A DNA stretch of 63,889 nt, the filler included, from Thraustochytrium aureum (taxonomy: Eukaryota): assembly GCA_012862495.1 (NCBI GenBank). It is 7 parts of 4 records of this genome, joined end to end, with 100 filler letters (N's around TTAATTAATTAA, not from the genome) between each part and the next. Parts side by side here need not be neighbours in the genome. Positions count along the whole stretch, not along the records: positions 10,461 to 21,895 come from BLSG01000391.1; positions 21,996 to 43,308 come from BLSG01000391.1; 5 more parts are not named here. One strand, written 5' to 3'. Positions 20,357 through 31,631 of this stretch are shown one piece after another. The position numbers and the translations under genes are program-made. The notes beneath the pieces were generated by a model that worked only from the letters and a program-made list of their open reading frames with translations, made no database searches and was not told the origin of the DNA. Numbering within the stretch: position 1 is the first letter of the stretch; each line of letters opens with the position of its first letter.

Positions 20357-21688
20357 ATGAACGCGCACGACGCCGGCCTCGCTCGGCAACTCGAGGAGTT
20401 TCAACAAACCGAGGAGCTGCGGCTCGCTCTAGAGCAGCCGCAATACGCGAGGACAGGCACCGCTACTGCGCTGCAACAAGCCAGCCAGAGTGCGGCAGCA
20501 ACGCAGGCTGACGTGGAGGACCTCGCGATGGCTGTCGGCCTACCGCCAGACCACGAACTGTTCGCCTCCTTCGCCTCGCAGCTCCATCTAGTGAGCGACA
20601 GCGACGACGACGGCGACGTCGAACCCAAGCCGCACAAGCGCGCAGAACGCAACCCAGAGAACGCCAGGGCCGAGGCGCGGCAAAACTCGCGGAGCAACGG
20701 CTTCGGACAGCCCGCTGGGCTCCGTTCAGCGCTGCCGCGACCTCCGCAGCAGCAAGGACAGCGAACGAGTGAACTGGTATCGCCATCGGGAGAGAGCCTG
20801 GAGGAGCCAGAGCCGCCGGCAGACCACGGCGAGCGGATAGAATCGCTGCAGGCTCTTTTGCAGTGCGTGCTCGAATACCTAGATGAGGACTCGCTGGACC
20901 AGTGCAAGGTCTGCAATAGAGCATGGCGCGACTCGCTGCTGTCCGAGTCGCTGTGGCGAGCCTTTTGCATGAGAACCTTTGTTGTTCCCGCGTTTCGACC
21001 CGTTCGGTGCCATCTGCGCGATGGTGTCGAGTTGCCTCGGCGCTTTGGCACCTGGCTCCGGACGCGGCGGGCCAGACCGCACGTTCGCGTGGAGACTGGT
21101 CTTTACATCATGAAGAGCACGTACATCAAGGCTCGGCCAGAGCGGTCAATGTGGGACACCGCGTATACGCCGTTTTGCGAGGTCAATCACTATCGGTACA
21201 TGCTGTTTCGTGCCACAGGCGAGGTCTTGTATGCTTCTACGCCTCTTCCGCTCGCAGAGATGCGAGCCAAGTTCCAGCGCCTCCTGTTCCAAGACTACGT
21301 TGCCGAAGGCTTGTGCCACCGTGACCCGGCCGAGTCTGGCTCGACCGGAACCAGCTCCAGTACGAGTGTCGTTGGCGGCGGCGGCCGGCGCCGGCGTAAA
21401 GGCCCGGACCAGCGCAAGCTAGACACCACAAAAGCCGACACGATCTATCGTGGGGTGTACACTGTTGTAGGTGACAGGCTTTCTGTCGTTCTCAACATGG
21501 TCAAGTTTAGCGTGACCTTTCAAATGGAGATCGTAACTCGGGGCGGCTCCTTTGACCGATTGCACGTCGTGCGGCACCAGTCGATTTACCACCGCACAAA
21601 CGAAAGAGTCGTCACCTACAAGCTTGCCAGCAACTACTTTGAGCGCATCTTCGACTACTACGCCTTCTCTTTCCCGTTCGATCCGTGA
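20357..21688 (+). CDS. F-box protein, FBXO9/HRT3-like
   Basis: F-box LLQCVLEYLDEDSLDQCKVCNRAWR...SLWRAFC, followed by RPHVRVETGLYIMKSTY and VNHYRYMLFRATGEV, which are typical of the FBXO9 family. Confidence 0.8.
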   Translation: MNAHDAGLARQLEEFQQTEELRLALEQPQYARTGTATALQQASQSAAATQADVEDLAMAVGLPPDHELFASFASQLHLVSDSDDDGDVEPKPHKRAERNPENARAEARQNSRSNGFGQPAGLRSALPRPPQQQGQRTSELVSPSGESLEEPEPPADHGERIESLQALLQCVLEYLDEDSLDQCKVCNRAWRDSLLSESLWRAFCMRTFVVPAFRPVRCHLRDGVELPRRFGTWLRTRRARPHVRVETGLYIMKSTYIKARPERSMWDTAYTPFCEVNHYRYMLFRATGEVLYASTPLPLAEMRAKFQRLLFQDYVAEGLCHRDPAESGSTGTSSSTSVVGGGGRRRRKGPDQRKLDTTKADTIYRGVYTVVGDRLSVVLNMVKFSVTFQMEIVTRGGSFDRLHVVRHQSIYHRTNERVVTYKLASNYFERIFDYYAFSFPFDP

Positions 21689-21995
21689 TATTTTTCTTTG
21701 TTTTGGAATTATTTCGCTCACGCTCGCCCGTGCAACCAAGCAACGCTGGCGATGGCCAGTGCTACAACGCGGTGTGTGGCATCGCTTCGCAGGCGCTGCC
21801 CAGACGAGTTTTTCAACGTCGAGTTGCTCCCTGTGGGAGCAGCACTTGGCGTGGGGGTGGTGCTATTTGTCTCGGGCGAAGGAGCTTGCGTCGGANNNNN
21901 NNNNNNNNNNNNNNNNNNNNNNNNNNNNNNNNNNNNNNNTTAATTAATTAANNNNNNNNNNNNNNNNNNNNNNNNNNNNNNNNNNNNNNNNNNNN

Positions 21996-24900
21996 CTGCG
22001 CGTTCGCGTCGAGGCCGACGTTTGGAGTCGCGTGCTCTTGTTCCCCATCTCCACGAAGCTTGACTTTGAGGAGATCTATTCATGCCGGAACGTGAGCAAA
22101 CCCGACGGGAGCTTCGCTGCCGCTTGCGGCTTTGAAGGCGCAGCGCCAGCGGACGACAAGGCGACGCAGGCCTCGCTCGCCATATCGCTGAGCGAGGTCC
22201 GCCTCAAGACGATGAAGGACCCGCTGCGTTCGGCTGGTGCAAACGTGACTGCGCGTGTCCGTATTGCCGACACGCTTCCCGCGGTTGTGACACACATCCC
22301 ATCCCTCGAGGCGCTGCGGGTCTTTGCCTCTGCGGAGGCCGTCTACCCGACGCTCGACTCGCTCACGGCCAACAAGGTGGCGCAGATCGCCTCCGGCTCT
22401 GTGGCTTCGATTGAGGCCTCCAGGGCGTTTGAAGTGTCAGTCGACGCGGACGTGTCCGTTGCAGGTGCGCCGGACGTTCTGGTCGCCCTGCAGATGGCTG
22501 CATCGCGGTACTTGGACCAGGATGCTGCGCGCCCCTTTTACGTGTACGCCAAAGCAAATGCCGCGCGGGGACCACGCTGTCTAGTGAGCGACATCGTGGA
22601 CGCCATGGAACCGCTGCGCGTCGAGATCGTGTCCCTGTTTGCCAACGCTTCAGTCCAGCCCGGCCCCTCGTCCCTTCCGCAGCCCTCTGCGCGACTGTCG
22701 AGCATCCAGCTCGAAACGGTCGTGTCCGCTGGGGACGCTGGCACAGCCACGAGCAGCGCAACGGTCGACCTGCCTTTTGTTCTTCGCGGGGCCGTGCCGC
22801 CAGTCAAGGTGGCTGTGGGCCTCGACGCCGACGATGTAGCAACCATTCTTGCGGCGGGCTTGCCAGCCGCAAAGGGGGGCGAGTCTCTTGCCAGCAGCGT
22901 CAGCGCGACCCTCCATGACGCAGGCCGCGTCGTGCAGGTGGTCAAGGACCGTGGCTTGGACTGGTCTAGCTGGAACTTGACGCTTCACGGAACAGACGAT
23001 GCAGACGTCTCGCTTGTGTCCAGGGCGCTCGCTCGCTTTCGATACCACGTGTCGCCGAGGCCAACGCTTGGGAGGTCCCAGTCAATTCACGCGCTCGGCA
23101 CGGTCGGGTTGTTTTCCAACGTTTCTGCCGTGGTTGCTACCGCTGCCTTTGACTCGATCGCTGGGCCCGACTTTGCGGCCTCTCTCGCGCCATGCTTTAC
23201 CGACCCCCTGCACCCGCTTCTCATTGCAAGTGACACGTACCGAGCGCAGCTCGCCCTCTCTGTGGCACTNNNNNNNNNNNNNNNNNNNNNNNNNNNNNNN
23301 NNNNNNNNNNNNNNNNNNNNNNNNNNNNNNNNNNNNNNNNNNNNNNNNNNNNNNNNNNNNNNNNNNNNNNNNNNNNNNNNNNNNNNNNNNNNNNNNNNNN
23401 NNNNNNNNNNNNNNNNNNNNNNNNNNNNNNNNNNNNNNNNNNNNNNNNNNNNNNNNNNNCACAATGTCGTGGCATGCTTTGGATAACGGAACCGCTCTGC
23501 GCGCGATGATCGATGACTTTCGGGATGGTCGCCCGACCCCAGTATCGTTCTCCAAACCGGGCTGCGTGGACGTCCACTTGCACTCGCTTCCTGAGCTCTG
23601 GGCGCCGCGCCAGAGTCGAGCAGTTGGCTCGCCCGACCTGCGCTGGCAGGTGAGCGCGGCGCTCGCCCGCGTCTCCACTTCAGGGGCGACCCGTGATGAA
23701 CCCGAAGCCTCTCGCCTGCCATTCAATCTGAGATGCGCGGCTGGCTTTGGGTCTTGCAACATCACAGGGGCCGCGCTCGAGGCAGAGGTCTCGATTGAGG
23801 GTGCTTCAACAAGGGTGGGCCTCGACGCGAACCAGGACTTGCCGCCGCTCGTCCGCGTTCTTAAACTCCCCGAGCTCCAGTTTCAAGTGCAGGAAGGAGA
23901 CGCCACAGTGCACGTGCCAGCCCCACAGCCTTTCAACGTGTCGCAGGAGCTCGAGACTCTCGCCCGAGCTCAAGCTCGCCTCTACGTAGCGAGTGGCGAA
24001 GCTCTGCGCCGCATGGTGGAAGCGCCGGCGCTGCACGTCGTCGGGACCGCCAACCTCTTGAGCGCTGCTCTTGCCAAGTGCCTTTTGGACTCGACCGCAG
24101 AGTCGACCGGCGCGGAGGACCAGTCGTTCGTCGCCGGCAGCGCTCGCCTCGTCGTTACATCGGACAAGCGCAATGCTCGGGTCGAAGTCGGCGCAACAGC
24201 ACCTCACGGCACCACCGACTCGCAGGTCCGCGACGAGGCGTTGCGCAGCGAGGTCGTGCTCCGTGTCCCGTTCTTCTCGAGCAAGCTCTCTGCGAATGCG
24301 GAAGTATTGGGAGTTGTAAGCACCTCGCCTGGCGGGATCCGCCTCGGCGGCGAGGCGGAGCTCGTTGAAGACGCCAGCGTTCAGCTTGACATTGGGCACG
24401 AGCAGGTCAGTGCGGTTCAACGGTTCATTGCCAACCTCGCTGTGGGCAACACGAGTCTCCCGGCGATCTCGATGCGCACGAGCCCTAGCGTAGGATGAGC
24501 TACTCCTCGACCTCCTCCTAGGGCTGGCGCCAGAGGAGCACGAGGAGTCGGGGGCGGCGAGGGACAATTCCTCGTCGTGGGATTCGGTCACTGTTGAGGT
24601 CCTCGGGGGGCTGGACGCCAACTCCCGCAAGACCACCGAGCTCGATTTACCGTGCATCATCCCAGACTTGTGTCCTGGCAAGCTGACCGAGCTAAACGGA
24701 AGGCCTTACACCCAAGGATACGAGCTCCTGGCGAGGATCGACACGAGCTGGCTTGCGCGCAGCAACATTGTGCGTGACCGGGTCAGCGTCGAGCTCCCGG
24801 CGCTCCAGCTCGGCGTGCAGGCGTACGTGGCGTCGCCGCTCGTGCGGGTTGATCTTGCGGCTGTTCGCGCGCAGGCGGAGCTCGCTGCAGGCCAGCAAGC

Positions 24901-27355
24901 CGGCCCTGCGCTTCTGGACATTCCCTTTGTGGTGCAGATCCAAAGCATGCAGACGCTCGCTGACGCCGTGCGGGATGTCTTGCAGTCTGTGCATCCAGTG
25001 ATGTTTCGCGCCATCGTTGGCAACTCGGGGCAGTTGTTGTCGTTGCTCTTCGCGACGGCAGACCTCCGATGGACCGTCGACCCGAGCTCGCCGGACGGGC
25101 GGCCGGTGCCAACGCCAAAGGCCGAACAGTGGTGGTACCCCCTTGCGAGCGTCGGCGCGTGGACGCTGCAAGACACGACCGAGTCGTCGGCCACATTTGA
25201 AGTCAACATGAAGCTCAAGAATCCAGCACCAGTAGCCTTGCGATTCGTCGACATGAGCGGGCAGGTTTCGCTCCTATCCAACGCAGGGCGGCGCGCTGGC
25301 GCTCGGCCGGCCCTGCGACTGGCTCGCTTCCACATGCCGCCTGGCGCGGCGGTGATCCGGGGCGGCACGACATCGACGATTCCCGCCCAGGTATTGTTGC
25401 GAGGTGACGCGACGGGCAAGGACTTTGACTTGTGCAGCCCCGCCGGCGTGGAAAGCCCGACGACGAGGCACAACTGCGTCGTGAGCACTTTGATGGAGCA
25501 GCTGATTTCGAAAATCGAAACGCACGTGCTTGTGGAAGGCTCATTTGTGAGCGCCCATGAGACGCGTGTCACTGTGCGGTTTGAGGCCACGCTCCACGAA
25601 GGCGGGACCGGGAATCGACTGCAGCCGCATGTTCCTGCTCCGCGGTACGCGGTCGACCTTCCGAGCGCGGCTTCTGAATCGGCGATCGACGAGTTTGTTT
25701 CGGTGTTTGACACCCTCATGGTGGAAGGGTGGAGCTCGGCCTGGCAGACGCTCGTCGAAGAGGGCGTGACCCTGTCGATCCGCGTCGCCGTGCACAACCC
25801 GTTTGTGTTTCCCTTCAAGGTCCAGTCGTACCGCATGAATCTCACCTATGACGACCCGACAGGCGAGAGCCTCCCGTTCCTGCCCTCGGCGTACCCGCCA
25901 GAGCTCGACGTCCCGGTCGTCTCAAACCTCGCCTCCGACTCGGTTGCGCTGTACGTGAACCCCTCCGCGAGCCGCGTCACCCCAAAGCTCAGCGTGCCGC
26001 TCAAGGAGCGCAAGGTAGAGCACGCTTGCAGGCTCTACAATGCGGCGGAAAAGGTTGGCGCGTTGTGCGCAAGCTTGCCCTCGGGCCGCATCGACCTGAG
26101 CATGGGCAGGTTTGCCTGGACGCAGCACTTTGGTATCTTTAATGTGTCCTTGGTAGGCAGCGACGCGTGCTTGACGCGACCCGCGTGCTCGCCGCACCTT
26201 GGCGCATCCGATTCCAGGGCATGGCCATCGAACGTGACGTGGACTCGTGTTGGCTCAGCGAGCGTCGTCCCGCGGGCTGGCGAGCCCAGCTTGGGGGCCA
26301 CGCTGGTGCTAACGAAGGGGGTCGTAGCTGCAGAGGTTGGCGCCGCGTGGGTGTCGGAGAGGCTGGCGGTGCGCGACGGGTTTGAGGCCGTTTTCCATTT
26401 TACGCTGTTAGACACGGCGATCGCAGGTGGCGGGGACGGCTTTGCCTTTGTCGTGCAGCGGGACGGCGGCCCAGCCGCGATTGGGGAGCGCTGCCTCAAT
26501 ACGCCGTGCAACGGCTACGAGAGGCTTTCCCCTGGCCGGCCCAGCGTGGGGATCCTCTTGTACCGGTCCGAGGCGGGCCACATCGAGGTCCACGGGTTGA
26601 TGAACGGGGACTCGAAGCTGCGCGTCGGCTTTGCGTCGGCGCCTGTGCTCGGCAAGGTCGCCGACGCTCGCCCGCACGAGATGCGCATCGCGTACTCGCG
26701 CAACGATCGAAAGCTGTACGTCTTTGTGGACAAGGTATGGGTCGCGAGCATGAGCGTGTGGGAGCCAGCGAACGTGGACACGGGGCCGTGTTCCGCCGGT
26801 TCGGCGGCGCCCAACGTGCCGGGCTGCATCGACTTTGACGCAATAGGCGGCAAGGACGGCATGGCTTGGGTGGGCTTTACGGCTTCGACAGGCTACACGA
26901 TGTCGAGTGCGCAGAACGTGAGCGGGTTTCAGTTTCTGCACGCGGCCCTGGACCCAGAGCAGACGAGGCTGCTCGAGCAGGGCCGCGCCGTGGGCCATGC
27001 CGGGAAGCGCGCGGCTTTCACGATTGACGTTCGCGACTCGTGCGGGGGGCCGATCCGGCGCATCGGTTCGCCCCGCGGCGTCACGAACGTCACTTTGGCG
27101 CTGGAGCAGCGCCAGGCGACAGTCGCGGCGGGCGCCTCGTCGGACCGTCTCCCAGCGCAAGTGCACGCCGAGCCCTTCGCCGGCGTTCTGCCCTGCGACT
27201 TTCTCCCGCAGACTGCGGGCAACTACAGCGTCTTCGTGCACGAGTCGCCGGAGGACCGCGCTGGTCTGCTCGTCGGGTCGCTCGAGGTTGTGCCTCCTCG
27301 CGGCGATGTGGGCCCCGCAGCGCCAGCGCGCGATATAGTTCTAGCCATCACCTAA
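21996..27355 (+). CDS. Very large beta-rich extracellular protein, 5'-truncated: LEA_2/DUF3712-like repeats, L-type lectin domain, filamin-like Ig repeat; internal gap and a frame break near 24490
   Basis: Long same-strand open frames at 21996-23269, 23460-24498 and 24494-27355. Lectin motifs GFEAVFHF...GGGDGFAFVVQ and AWVGFTASTG; filamin-like GHAGKRAAFTIDVRDSCG...PQTAGNYSVFV; NP motifs MKLKNPAPVAL and VAVHNPFVFPF. Confidence 0.7.
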
Positions 27356-27840
27356 GCCTGTAAACCACCGCGACGCCAGTGCAGTCGTGGCGCCTCCGCG
27401 CAGCGTGGCTTTTCGCTCGAAGTCACGCGAGCGCAGTCGCCGCCGCGCCGGGCTGCCGCAGGCCACGACCACAAGCCTCCAGACAGGCGCAGGTCCTCCG
27501 CGCTGCCGTTCTGGCCCGCAGGCCCGCAAGCGCGCAGACATGCAGGCATGCAGGCATGCAGGCATGCAGGTTGGCGGTCTGCCTGCGGGGGTCGCGTTTT
27601 GCCCGAAATTGATAGGGGCTCAAGGTGAGCGAGCAGGTTGGTTGGCCGCCAGAAGCCCATCGAAGGCGAAACGCGCCGGCGCCGAGGCGCACAGTAGGCT
27701 CGGCCACGTGGCGAAGGACCTCACGGGGCGTCTTGAGGGAAAGCGCTGGTCGCTGCACGGGTACATTGTCCGCAGCGTGGCTCGACAGCTTTGGCGAGGT
27801 GCGAGAATCCCTCCCGACTCGGCGTCCCCGCACGAGCGCC

Positions 27841-30231
27841 ATGGCTGGGGCCAAGAAGAAGGGCGGCAAGGAGAAAGGCAAGGCGAAGGAGGACAAGAAG
27901 AAGAAGCAGGAGCTCAAGGCGCTGAAGAAGGCCTCCAAGAAGGGCAAGAAGGGCGGCGACGAGGGCTTCGAAAGTGATGAAGACCTGGACGCCATCCTCG
28001 CGGAGCTCAGGAGCAAGGACGCGGACCGCACCGCGGTGACGATCGAAAGCGACGTGCCGAGCCCGAGCCCCCGGTCCAACTTTAGCTTGTCGCCGCTGGA
28101 GGGCGCGAACAGTAACGAGCTGCTGCTGTTTGGGGGCGAGTTTTACGACGGCAACTCGAGCGAGTGCTTTAACGACCTGTACCGCGTCAACCTGGAAAAG
28201 GTTGAATGGAAAAAGATCAGCTCGCCGAACACGCCAGATCCGCGCAACGCGCACCAGGCTGTCACCGTGCGCGACCACGTGTACATCTTCGGGGGCGAGT
28301 TTTCGCGGGGATTCCAGTTCCAGCACTACCGGGACCTTTGGAAGCTTGACCTGAACAAGAACGCGTGGACCAACATTGAGCTCAAGACGGGCCCTTCGCC
28401 GCGGTCGGGGCACCGCATGGTGCTCTGGAAGCACTTTCTTGTCTTGTACGGCGGGTTTTACGAGACCTCGCGCGGCGTCAAGTTTTACGACGACCTCTAC
28501 TTTTTCGACCTGCGCGAGGAGAAGTGGCTCCAGGGAATCTACACCAAGACGGCGCAGCGGCCGTCCGCGCGGAGCGGGTTTCAGTTTGTGTGCCACACGG
28601 CGCAGAACACGGTCTTCCTGTATGGCGGGTACAGCAAGGTGGCCGTGTCGAGCAGCTCGGAGCGCGGCCGCAACCTGGACGACATGTGGGCCCTGCACCT
28701 GACCCCGCCCGCCAAAGCCGGCCAGTGCCCGCAGTTCAAGTGGGAGCCTGTGCCCAAGAAGGGCTCGGCGCCGTCGCGCCGGAGCGGCGCTGCGAGCTGC
28801 GTGCACAAGAACCGGATGCTGCTCTTTGGCGGCGTCACCGACAAGGAGTCCTCCACCGATGTCGAGGGCCAGTTCCACAACGACCTGTACGCGTTCGACA
28901 TGAGCCGCCTCAAGTGGTTTCAGCTCAACGTGAGCAAGTCGAAAGCGGGCGGCGCGGCGGCCAGCAAGCGCCGCCGAAACCGCGGCAAGGGCGACAGGTC
29001 CTGCGTGAGCTCGGCTGAGACTTACCAGGACAGCCTTGCCACGGGCAACGACGACGAGGAGGACGACGAGGAGGACGAGGACGAGGACTACGGCGGCGAC
29101 GACTACGGGCTGGACGACAAGGCCTTTTACGTCATCATCGACGGCAAGCTCACCAAGATTGACTACGAGGAGGACGAAGACAACGAGGGCGAGGACGAGT
29201 CGGCGGCGCAAGTCGCAGCGCAAGGCGCCTCGGCAGAGTCAGCCGGGGCAGAAGCCGCCGCCGATGGCGCAGCTGGGGCGGAAGTCGCCGCCGATGGCGC
29301 AGCTGGGGCCTCCGTGGGCGAGTCCGAGGCCTCCGCAGAGCGCAGCGCTGACCCTGAGCAGGACGACGGCCCCCCTGACAGCAGCGAGGGCGGAGAGGGC
29401 ACCGGCGCCGCGAAGAGCCCTGGAGAGGCTCTGGCGGCAGCGTCGGCAGAAACCTTGAGCGCGCCCGAGCCGCGCATCGGCGCAGGACTCGCGACGCTTG
29501 GCAGCAAGCTGTTCGTCTACGCCGGCACAACGGAGGTGGGCGACAAGCAAATCACGTTTGACGACTTGTGGTCGATCGACCTCAACCAGATGGACGAGTG
29601 GGTGCAGGTCGTGGAGGGCACCTGGCGAGGCGCCACCTGGAAAGGCGACGACGAAGAAGAGGACGACGACGAGGAAGACGGCGACGAGGAAGACGGCGAA
29701 GGCGACGAGGATGACGAGGACGATTCGGACGAGGACGATTCGGAGGACGAAGCCGGCGAAGACGGCGCGGCCAAGGACGCGACTGACAACCCCAAGGAGC
29801 GCATGGCGCGCATGAAGAGGCTGCAAGAGTCGCTCAAGCTGGACGACACCTCGCGCACGCCGCTGCCGCGCGAGACCCTCCAGGCCTTCTTCAGGCGGAC
29901 CGCAGAAGTGTGGGCCCACGACGTGTTCAAGAACCGGACAGACAACGAGCGCATGACGGGCAAGGAGCTCCGGCGTGCCGCGTTTGGCCTAGCGGACGCG
30001 CGTTTCAGGGAGCTGTACCCTGTGTTGCAGGAGCTGGACGAGCTGGAGGAGCAGCAACGGCTGGCCGAGGAGATGCAAGAGCAGGAAAAGGAGCGCATCA
30101 AGGACAAGCTGCGCGACAAGGCCAAGAAGCGGAAGGCGCACATGGCCAAGGCCACGAAGAAGGAAAAGAGCAAGGCCGCCGCCAAAAAAGGAGACGACGA
30201 CGGCGGCGAGGAGGAGGACGAGAGCGAGTAG
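27841..30231 (+). CDS. KLHDC4: Kelch domain-containing protein 4 (KLHDC4/Kel3-like) with C-terminal DUF4110
   Basis: Basic N-terminus, EDLDAILAE, PSPRSN, ELLLFGGEFYDG, PSPRSGHRM, acidic inserts, and TPLPRETLQAFFRRT...GKELRRAAFGLA. Confidence 0.92.
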   Translation: MAGAKKKGGKEKGKAKEDKKKKQELKALKKASKKGKKGGDEGFESDEDLDAILAELRSKDADRTAVTIESDVPSPSPRSNFSLSPLEGANSNELLLFGGEFYDGNSSECFNDLYRVNLEKVEWKKISSPNTPDPRNAHQAVTVRDHVYIFGGEFSRGFQFQHYRDLWKLDLNKNAWTNIELKTGPSPRSGHRMVLWKHFLVLYGGFYETSRGVKFYDDLYFFDLREEKWLQGIYTKTAQRPSARSGFQFVCHTAQNTVFLYGGYSKVAVSSSSERGRNLDDMWALHLTPPAKAGQCPQFKWEPVPKKGSAPSRRSGAASCVHKNRMLLFGGVTDKESSTDVEGQFHNDLYAFDMSRLKWFQLNVSKSKAGGAAASKRRRNRGKGDRSCVSSAETYQDSLATGNDDEEDDEEDEDEDYGGDDYGLDDKAFYVIIDGKLTKIDYEEDEDNEGEDESAAQVAAQGASAESAGAEAAADGAAGAEVAADGAAGASVGESEASAERSADPEQDDGPPDSSEGGEGTGAAKSPGEALAAASAETLSAPEPRIGAGLATLGSKLFVYAGTTEVGDKQITFDDLWSIDLNQMDEWVQVVEGTWRGATWKGDDEEEDDDEEDGDEEDGEGDEDDEDDSDEDDSEDEAGEDGAAKDATDNPKERMARMKRLQESLKLDDTSRTPLPRETLQAFFRRTAEVWAHDVFKNRTDNERMTGKELRRAAFGLADARFRELYPVLQELDELEEQQRLAEEMQEQEKERIKDKLRDKAKKRKAHMAKATKKEKSKAAAKKGDDDGGEEEDESE

Positions 30232-30527
30232 GTTTCTGCACNNNNNNNNNNNNNNNNNNNNNNNNNNNNNNNNNNNNNNNNNNNNNNNNNNNNNNNNNNN
30301 NNNNNNNNNNNNNNNNNNNNNNNNNNNNNNNNNNNNNNNNNNNNNNNNNNNNNNNNNNNNNNNNNNNNNNNNNNNNNNNNNNNNNNNNNNNNNNNNNNNN
30401 NNNNNNNNNNNNNNNNNNNNACTCGTTCGCGAAATGGGACAAGCGACAGCGCGAGTTTTGGTTTTGGTTGCGTTTCCTTGCCTGTGCAGTGTTTCTACTA
30501 AAGGCAACCACGGTGCGGACCCATGCC

Positions 30528-30860
30528 TTAGTCCTGTTGAAGCTCGGGCTTGACGCCGAACTCGTCCCTGGACCACTGGAGCCGCGAGCGCGGCTCGATG
30601 TGGACCGTGTTCGGCGCGCCAGACCTGCGGTACGCGAGCCCGTGTCAGCGGCCTCGCACAGCCAGCGCGCCTGCCTGTCTTCAAAAAGTAACAAAAACTT
30701 ACGGGTCTTCGCGGCCGTAGTATTGGTCAGTTGGCAAGCCCATCGCATGGCGCACACGCGGCACCACGAACGCCGTAGCTACCCCAATCGACCCGATGAT
30801 AAACGACACGGCGACCATCGGCTCCTGGTCCGCCAGCAGGCGAAAGTTGCGCATCGCCAT
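30528..30860 (-). CDS. Small single-TM protein, probable complex I accessory subunit (NDUFA3/9.5-kDa-like); exons 30860-30703 and 30624-30528, 84 aa
   Basis: MAMRNFRLLADQEPMVAVSFIIGSIGVATAFVVPRVRHAMG resembles the fungal 9.5-kDa subunit pattern. A 78-nt intron GTAAGT...GCTGAC...CCGCAG (30702-30625) keeps the frame to TAA. Confidence 0.7.
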
Positions 30861-31091
30861 CCTCGCGTCCTGCGACCACACACACGCACAAAGCACCGGA
30901 CGCCGCTGCGCCTGTTGCACGAGCGCTGGCGCTGGCGGGCAGGCAGTTCGACGCGAGAGTGCACGAAAACGAATGCGCTCACGCTGCTGTTCGTCCGTGC
31001 GTCTGCCTTCCTCCTTCCCTCCCTTCAGCTCTGCCTCTCTCCGCTGCTTGCAGCTCTGCTCTGCCGCCTTGTACGGCTCGCACGCCGTGCA

Positions 31092-31450
31092 GTCACGTAA
31101 CGAGACACTTTCAAGTGACGTACATAACGCGGCAATACCACGCGGAGAGGGGGTCGGGGTGACGCGCGCGCGACAGTTTCGCCCTGGAGTAACGAGGGGG
31201 GATTGAGTGACGAGAGTGGACTGGACGGGAGGACCGCGGGACAAGGGGTCCAGCGTGACGCGGGGTCGCGGTGTGGATGTGGTCACGTAACGATAGATCA
31301 CACGTGACGAGACGGGACTCGACCGATCACGGGACAAAGGGTCCAAGGTGACGTGTGCAGTCAAGTCAGCGGTCAAAGTGACGAGAGACGACACGTAGAA
31401 CGCGTGGATGAGGGGGCCAAAGTGACGCAGACCGTGGCGTGTGTGACGTG
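31092..31450. promoter_or_regulatory. Dense GTGACG/GTCACG motif cluster with an embedded ~26-bp direct repeat, in a divergent intergenic region
   Basis: About ten GTGACG or GTCACG hexamers within 360 bp, plus cgcgggacaaggggtccagcgtgacg and cacgggacaaagggtccaaggtgacg. Function is inferred. Confidence 0.45.
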
Positions 31451-31631
31451 CGAGCGAATTCCAACAAGCACACATCTCGCTGCTTGCCTGCCTGCCTGCC
31501 TGCCTGCTCACGTGCTCAATCCAGCTCGTGATGATCACTCACCTGCTGACGTTCACGAGCGGCTTGTGGCGCATCGCTCCCGACTAGAAACCAGCGCAGC
31601 GCTGCTCCGGTCGAGGCCCCGAGCCCGCAGC

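Noticed and set aside
29248..29307. 30-bp tandem duplication inside KLHDC4
   Set aside because: An ordinary expansion in a low-complexity Ala/Glu linker.
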